Below are positions 28,634 to 32,000 of a stretch of 32,000 nucleotides of DNA, one piece after another. The notes beneath the pieces were generated by a model, which was not told the DNA's origin, made no database searches, and saw nothing but the letters and a program-made list of their open reading frames with translations. The stretch covers positions 95,655 to 127,654 of the forward strand of contig NZ_CP026513.1 of the NCBI RefSeq assembly GCF_003956045.1. The letters are read 5' to 3'. Numbering within the stretch: position 1 is the stretch's first letter; each line of letters starts with the position of its first letter. Made by a program: the position numbers and the translations under genes. This DNA is from Candidatus Annandia adelgestsuga. GTDB taxonomy: Bacteria; Pseudomonadota; Gammaproteobacteria; Enterobacterales; Enterobacteriaceae_A.

Positions 28634-29122
28634 TTAAATACTATAATTTATATTTTTTAAATAAAATATAAATATATAACTTAAAATTATAAAATAATCT
28701 GATATATTAAAAACTAATATATGTATATTATTTATATGAAAATCAATAAAATCTAATACATAATTATAATAAAAACGATCAAATTCATTTCCTAAAAAAC
28801 CACCAATTATAAAAGAATATAATATAATAAATATTAAATTTGAATTTAATACATAAAAATAAATTAAATTAATTAATTTTAATAATATAAAAAATGATAT
28901 AATAATTAAAAAATATTTTTCATAAAAATTATTATAATTTAAAATTCCAAAAATAATACCATAATTTTTAATAAAACATATATTTATATAATTATTTATA
29001 TATATATAATTATTATTTAAATAATATCTAATAATATTTTTAGAATAAAAATCTAAATTAAATATCGAAATTATAATAAAAAATATTAATATTAATATTT
29101 TATTTTTTTTAAAATTAAACAA
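28634..29122 (-). CDS. lspA: lipoprotein signal peptidase (signal peptidase II)
   Basis: 162 aa with four hydrophobic segments. Both catalytic-Asp contexts are conserved (GGFLGNEFDR and VFNISDYFI). It lies immediately downstream of ileS (8-nt overlap), as in the E. coli ileS-lspA operon. Confidence 0.87.
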   Translation of the reverse strand: MFNFKKNKILILIFFIIISIFNLDFYSKNIIRYYLNNNYIYINNYINICFIKNYGIIFGILNYNNFYEKYFLIIISFFILLKLINLIYFYVLNSNLIFIILYSFIIGGFLGNEFDRFYYNYVLDFIDFHINNIHILVFNISDYFIILSYIFIFYLKNINYSI

Positions 29123-31904
29123 ATTTTCTTATTTCACCTTCTCCATAAACATTTGTAATACATCTATTACATAAATTATAGTATTTAAAATTTTTATTAT
29201 TTTTTTTAAAATAATGCCAACATCTTAAACATTTTATTCCTTTAAATTTTGTTAAAATTATTTTAATTTCTTCTTTTTCTGTAATATTTTTTTTATAAAA
29301 AACATTTGCGTCTGAAGTTAAAAAAATAAATTTTAATTCTTTTCCTAAAATTTTTAAAAAATTTAAATTTTTTTTATTTGTATATATTTTTAAATCTAAT
29401 TCCAATGAATTTTTAATATTATTTTTATCACGAATTTTTTCTATACATTTATTAACTTTATTTCTAATTTTTATAATTTTATTCCAATATTTATTATTTA
29501 AAAATTCTTTATTATTTAATTCAAATTTATTATTTTCAAACCATTCTTCAGTAAATATATATTTAGATCTTTTACCTGGTATATAATTCCATACTTCATG
29601 AGCTGTAAATGACATTATAGGAGTAATCCATCTAACTAATGATTCTATAATATAATATAATGCAGTTTGACAACTTAATCTTGCTATGTTATTTTTATTA
29701 ATAGTATATTGTCGATCTTTAATAATATCTAAATAAAAAGAACTCATTTTTATTGAACAAAAATTCATAATATGTTTAATAACTGAACTAAAATTATATA
29801 ATTTATAATTTTTAATAATTGATTTTTGTATTTTCTTTGTATAACTTACTGCCCAACGGTCTATATGCAACATATTTTTATAATTAATAATATTTTTCAA
29901 TTTAAAATCATATAAATTAGATAATAAAAATCTTATTGTATTTCTTATTTTACGATATATATCTACTGTATTATTTAAATTTTCTTGAGAAATATTTATA
30001 TTTTTTGTATAATCAACAGAAGATATCCATAATCTTATTATATCTACTCCAAATTTTTTTATTAAAAATTTATAATTAATAATATTTCCAATAGATTTAG
30101 ACATTTTTTCTCCTTTTTTATCTACAACAAAACCATGAGATAAAACATTACGATAAGGAGATTTTTTTTTTATAATAAAAGATATAATTAATGATGACAT
30201 AAACCAACCTCTATATTGATCTATTCCTTCTAAATACATATCAATAATATTACTATAATTAAATTTATTTTTAATAACTGTTAAATGTGTACATCCTGAA
30301 TCAAACCATACATCTAATGTATCTTTTATTTTTATATATTTTTTATAACTTTTACCTAATAATATTTTTTTATTTAAATACCACCATATTTTAATACCAT
30401 GAATTTCTATTAATTTTGATATTTTTTCAATTAAAGTTAATGTTTTTGGGTGTAATTTTTTTGTTTTTTTATTTAAAAATAAAGTAATAGGAATCCCCCA
30501 TTTTCTTTGACGTGAAATACACCAATCCGGTCTTTCAGATATCATTTTTTTTATATTTTTTTTACCCCATTCTGGAATCCAATTAACTTTATTAATTTTT
30601 TTAATTATATTTTTTATTTTTTTATTTTTTTTAATTTTAATAAACCATTGATTGGTAGTTCTAAAAATAATTGGTGTTTTATGTCTCCAACAATGAGGAT
30701 AACTGTGTTTATAATTTTCTTTTTTTATTATTAATTTTTTAATTTTTAAAAAATTAATAACATAATTATTAATTTCTAAGATATACATTCCATTTAATTT
30801 TTTATTATTATTAAATTCATAATATCCATAATTATTTAATATGCTTTTTATTTTTAAATTATAATTATTCCCTATAATATAATCTTCTGGTCCATGTCCT
30901 GGAGCTATATGGACAATACCTGTACCTGATTTTAAATCAATGTTATTATTTAATACTATTGGTACTTTAATATTAATTATTGGATTTTGGAATAATAAAT
31001 ATTCTAATTTTTTACCTTCTATTTCACCAATTATTTTATATTTTTTAATTTCCATTTTTTTAATAAAATTTAATAATAATTCTTTTGCTATAATATAACA
31101 ATTATTATTAAATTTTATTAAATTATATAAATATTTTGGATTAACTGAAATTGCGCTATTAGCTAATAACGTCCATGGATTTGTAGTCCAAATAACTGCA
31201 TATATATAATTATTTTTTTTATTTATATTAAATAAAATTTTATTTTTTTTTATTTTTAAAAGTTTAAACAAAACGTATACAGAAGTAGATATTTTGTCTA
31301 TATATTCAATTTCAGATTCTGCTAAAGTTGAATTACAATTTAAACACCAATAAACTGGTTTTATTCCCTGATAAATACTATTTTTTTTAATTATATTACC
31401 CAATATTCTAATTGTATTAGCTTCTACATAAGAATTCATAGTACAATAATAATTATCCCAATCTCCTAATATACCTAAACGAATAAAATCATTTTTTTGT
31501 TGTTTAATTTGTTTTTTTGCATATTTACGACAAACATTTTGAAATTTAATATTAGAAATATTTTTAGATTTATCAAAAATTTTTTCAATTTGTTGTTCTA
31601 TAGGTAAACCATGACAATCCCAACCAGGTATATAAGGAGCATCAAAACCATCTAATCCTTTAAATTTAATAATTATATCTTTTAAAATTTTATTAATTAC
31701 ATGCCCCATATGGATTTTACCGTTAGCATAAGGTGGACCATCATGTAATATAAATTTTTTTTTATTTATTTTATTTTTTCTTATAATTTTATATAAATTA
31801 TTATCATACCAATATTGTAATATTTCTGGTTCTTTTTTAGATAAATTACCACGCATAGGAAAAGAAGTTTTAGGTAAATTTAAAGTATTTTTATAATTAA
31901 TCAT
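29115..31904 (-). CDS. ileS: isoleucyl-tRNA synthetase
   Basis: 929 aa. The class I motifs are present (HIGH variant PPYANGKIHMGHV and KMSKS). A CP1 editing region is present. The C-terminal zinc-finger CLRCWHY...CNRC...GEGEIRKF parallels E. coli CPRCWHY...CGRC...GDGEKRKF. Confidence 0.98.
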   Translation of the reverse strand: MINYKNTLNLPKTSFPMRGNLSKKEPEILQYWYDNNLYKIIRKNKINKKKFILHDGPPYANGKIHMGHVINKILKDIIIKFKGLDGFDAPYIPGWDCHGLPIEQQIEKIFDKSKNISNIKFQNVCRKYAKKQIKQQKNDFIRLGILGDWDNYYCTMNSYVEANTIRILGNIIKKNSIYQGIKPVYWCLNCNSTLAESEIEYIDKISTSVYVLFKLLKIKKNKILFNINKKNNYIYAVIWTTNPWTLLANSAISVNPKYLYNLIKFNNNCYIIAKELLLNFIKKMEIKKYKIIGEIEGKKLEYLLFQNPIINIKVPIVLNNNIDLKSGTGIVHIAPGHGPEDYIIGNNYNLKIKSILNNYGYYEFNNNKKLNGMYILEINNYVINFLKIKKLIIKKENYKHSYPHCWRHKTPIIFRTTNQWFIKIKKNKKIKNIIKKINKVNWIPEWGKKNIKKMISERPDWCISRQRKWGIPITLFLNKKTKKLHPKTLTLIEKISKLIEIHGIKIWWYLNKKILLGKSYKKYIKIKDTLDVWFDSGCTHLTVIKNKFNYSNIIDMYLEGIDQYRGWFMSSLIISFIIKKKSPYRNVLSHGFVVDKKGEKMSKSIGNIINYKFLIKKFGVDIIRLWISSVDYTKNINISQENLNNTVDIYRKIRNTIRFLLSNLYDFKLKNIINYKNMLHIDRWAVSYTKKIQKSIIKNYKLYNFSSVIKHIMNFCSIKMSSFYLDIIKDRQYTINKNNIARLSCQTALYYIIESLVRWITPIMSFTAHEVWNYIPGKRSKYIFTEEWFENNKFELNNKEFLNNKYWNKIIKIRNKVNKCIEKIRDKNNIKNSLELDLKIYTNKKNLNFLKILGKELKFIFLTSDANVFYKKNITEKEEIKIILTKFKGIKCLRCWHYFKKNNKNFKYYNLCNRCITNVYGEGEIRKFV

Positions 31905-32000
31905 AATTTTTTTAAAATAATATTTATATTTATTGATAATAATTTTTTAAATAAATATAAAATAAAAAAATAAATATAATTTATTTTTTTATTATATTTT

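Overview
This window is extremely AT-rich (by eye well under 25% G+C, with many coding stretches only about 10%), very gene-dense, and uses the standard genetic code. Every long ORF is a near length-for-length orthologue of an Enterobacterales (E. coli-like) housekeeping or biosynthetic gene. It therefore reads as the chromosome of a tiny-genome obligate insect nutritional endosymbiont of the Gammaproteobacteria, similar in lifestyle to Buchnera, Blochmannia or Wigglesworthia. I cannot name the taxon from the sequence alone.

Gene content, left to right:
- atpA (5' partial), atpG, atpD, atpC (+)
- mnmE, yidC, rnpA, rpmH (-); rpmH is a 47-aa ORF missing from the supplied track
- dnaN, gyrB (+)
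- tRNA-Phe(GAA) (-)
- groES, groEL (+)
- a 650-bp non-coding spacer
- an 890-aa MscK/MscM-type mechanosensitive channel (-)
- tRNA-Gly(GCC) (+)
- leuA, leuB, leuC, leuD (+)
- yabI-like DedA-family protein (-)
- rsmA/ksgA (+)
- carB, carA, dapB, lspA, ileS (-)

The window consists of three blocks that, as I recall the E. coli map, are each collinear with E. coli, with the non-retained genes excised almost to the base.

I found no mobile elements, CRISPR arrays, defence or toxin systems, prophage remnants or orphan multi-gene cassettes, so I cannot support a claim of a novel system here.

The points worth a second look are:
- dnaA and recF are absent from their conserved locus.
- The 650-bp spacer after groEL is anomalously long and carries a repeated 13/19-mer.
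- A 2.7-kb channel ORF stays open in roughly 10% G+C sequence.
- The leu operon is chromosomal, sits behind a tRNA and has no leader.
- Both tRNA genes lack an encoded CCA.
- carA and leuB have 3' extensions that overlap the next gene.
- Essential genes contain poly(A) tracts of up to 16 nt.
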